This document shows, piece by piece, positions 61,428 to 64,000 of a DNA stretch of 64,000 nt (its first letter is position 1; each line of letters starts with the position of its first letter). A program made the translations under genes and the position numbers. Under the pieces are notes generated by a model that was not told the DNA's origin, did no database searches, and was given only the letters and a program-made list of their open reading frames with translations. This stretch comes from Eledone cirrhosa (Eukaryota): assembly GCA_964016885.1 (NCBI GenBank), contig OZ024763.1, forward strand, positions 930,001 through 994,000, in the 5' to 3' direction.

Positions 61428-62242
61428 ATTCGACACCAAACATTATATGATACATAACTGCAGTAAGACATCATTAAACAATTATAATACGGGGCCTTCA
61501 GATGAATAACGCTCTGGAAGTAAAGGTTATTTTTTAAACAAGCCTGTGCTTGTTAAAAAAAACATTTTTAACTCTTTCGTTACCATATTTCTAATAAAAT
61601 TAACTGTTTGGGGATTAATTAATAAATATAGAATTTGGAGGGATTTAATTAATATAACTAAATTTCTCATTTAGTTGGTTTATGGAGCATAGCTTAACAA
61701 AGGTATTTAAATAAAATTATGATGGAAAGATTGTTTGACAAACTATAAACACTTATTAGGTCATGTTGTCTTAATATTGCCAAAAATAAATACATCGCCG
61801 CCTTAAATACTTTAACTATTTCGTCTGCCATATTTCTACTGAAAGACACTGTCTATGATTTTCTTTAAAATAATTTTTAAATTAAAGTTGGTTACGTTTA
61901 ACAATTCAGAACGATTTAGAAAAATAATTTTCTCATTATTTAACTGGTGTAAAGGGTGATGAATTGTCATAATCAGTAGAGCAACATACGAAACACAATC
62001 GTGGCATTTGTTCTAGATCTCTTACTCTGAGTTCGAATCTTGCCGGGATTGACTATACCTTTCTTCCTTCCAGGATCAATTAAAAATACTAGGGGTTGCT
62101 ATAATTAATTTTCCTCTCCCCAATTACTGACCTTGTGCCTAAATTAGAAACCATTATTAGGACAGTGTTTGGAACATAACTTAACAAAGGTTCTTACCTA
62201 GAATTATGATGGAAGGTTTTTAGATAAATATAAACAGTTTAA

Positions 62243-62385
62243 CCCTTTAGCATTTAAACTGGCCATATCCAGCCAGAATTCTTTCTCCTCTTTCTGTTCA
62301 AACTGGTTGTAACCAGCTGCTCATACTTATATTAAGGTATTGTTCTCAAAATAAGTAATATCAAAATCTCATAGATTTGATATAA
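62243..62385 (+). mobile_element. TTAA element family A, unique arm only (a shorter fragment also at 3071-3128)
   Basis: TTAA|CCCTTTAGCATTTAAACTGGCC...ctcatagatttgatat, no array. Confidence 0.75.
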
Positions 62386-63659
62386 GTACTGGGGTCGATT
62401 CGTCCCCCATATCTCTTTCTCAGTTTTTCTCTATCACTCCAATTTTGGAATAAATCTGCTATATTCGGACCTGGAGAGGTTTGGGTCCCACCAGGTTTTA
62501 AAATTGCCCTAGAAATGTGTGTCAATACAGTTCCCCTATGACTCCCTCAGGAGTTACGGGACCATGTATGTAAATATTGTCACAACCCAGTCATCCCTCC
62601 TCTAATCTGCCATTAGATGAAGGGGGTCAATTGCCTAAAACGTTTAAGGGTCTCTGATATAAATAGTGATGGATTGGAGAAGGGCATGACTGGAACTTAG
62701 ACATAGGCCCAACAATATTTCAAGGGTGCAAAATTAATTATAGACTTAGTCATTTTCTTTGTATTGCCAGAGAAAGATTGATCAATAACAGGGTTCCACA
62801 CCTTGCTAAACTGTAAGTTGAAATTATTTGGGGGAGAAGAGAGTGCTTACCTGGAAGGAGATACTCATTGTAGAGCTAGCCTAGGGTGTTAAATACTCAG
62901 ACATACATTGTTGAGCTAGCCTAGACTATTAAATATGCATGTATAGTGCTAGTCTATCAAATAAATACCCAGTTACACATTGTAGAACTAGACCAGGGTG
63001 TTAAATACCTAGATACAACTTGTAGAGCTAATCCTATGGTGTTAAATACCCAGTTACACATTGTAAAGCTAGGTTGAGTGTTAAATATCCAGGTACACAT
63101 TATAGAGCTCTCCAATGGTGTTAGATACACATTGTAAAGCTAACCTAGAGTATTAGATACCCAGGTATACACTGTAAAGCTCAACTGGGGTATTTAATTC
63201 TCAGGTGCCAGCTCTGGTCATTTCATGTAAAATATGTTTGAATGTGATTTTGTTTTAAATTTTCTTTTTTATCTAAATAAATTTAAAAATATCAGAAACT
63301 ATCCTGAGACTTTTGGATGACCAGAGCTGTAATACAATCTTTCATTCCTTTGTTAAGTTATGTTCTAAATTCCAGTTTAACCCGTTTTATATCAAACTAC
63401 CTGAAACTCCCCCTGGTTCTATGATAATAATAATAATGGTTTCTGATATAGGCACAAGGCCAGCAATTTGGGGGGAGGGGAAAATCGATTAAATCGACCC
63501 CAGTACGTTAATGGTGCTTTATTTTATCGAGCCCGTAAGGGTGAAAGGCAAAGTTAACCTCAGCGGGATTTGAACTCAGACTGTAAAGGACCGTAACTCT
63601 ATTCTGCAAAGCATGGCATCCGACCCTCTACCGATACTGCCAATCCACCGCCCTCATAT

Positions 63660-64000
63660 GATAATAATAATAATAAAAATTATTGTGTACAGTGCTCAGG
63701 TGCATTACAACTCATCAAAGGTGCATGTATAATACATAGAATAATGTACAAAAGTCAAGAAAGGGAACAGTGTATGGAGAGGCATATCAGATGTAGCGTT
63801 AGCAAATTTCATGAAACATGGAAGTTTTAAAGGATGCAGTGTCGTGACAGCTAACAACAGATGCAGGTAGTTTGTTCCATGGAGGTTTTAAAAGATGCAG
63901 TGTCTTGACAGCTAACAACAGATGCAGGTAGTTTGTTCCATGGAGGTTTTAAAGGATGCAGTGTCTTGACAGCTAACAACAGATGCAGGTAGTTTTTTCC
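63660..64000 (-). mobile_element. CR1 LINE 3' end with the same 61-bp segment tandemly repeated (runs off window)
   Basis: (ATA)n tail, aattattgtgtacagtgctcaggtgca, 3+ units catggaggttttaaaggatgcagtgtc... Confidence 0.85.

Overview
AT-rich, repeat-dense eukaryotic (animal) genomic DNA. The SINE/LINE repertoire and (TA)n/(CA)n density suggest a cephalopod such as octopus; this is inference, not proven. Three intron-containing housekeeping genes were reconstructed by hand from GT-AG boundaries and reading frame. They are the 3' half of INTS11/CPSF3L (+, 10 exons, 2911-12796), a complete APPBP2 (-, 14 coding exons, 17987-41890, 577 aa) and a complete SF3B4/SAP49 (-, 10 coding exons, 45231-61427, 453 aa). 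Introns hold a young 5'-truncated CR1-type LINE, RTE-type LINE remnants, tRNA-headed SINEs, hAT and Tc1/mariner MITEs and many minisatellites. Most long ORFs in the track are satellite or microsatellite artefacts. Three observations stand out. (1) A TTAA-targeting, piggyBac-like non-autonomous element carries an internal 60/72-bp unit present in 1 to >30 copies (a mobile satellite); in-window empty sites support transposition, and two further TTAA families show similar internal arrays. (2) Opposite-orientation copies of these arrays bracket exons of INTS11 and SF3B4, giving potential long pre-mRNA duplexes. (3) Several (TA)n-anchored fold-back elements carry minimal hammerhead-ribozyme motifs, one near-canonical inside a ~390-bp palindrome just downstream of the APPBP2 stop codon. 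Coordinates were counted manually; repeat boundaries may be off by a few bases.
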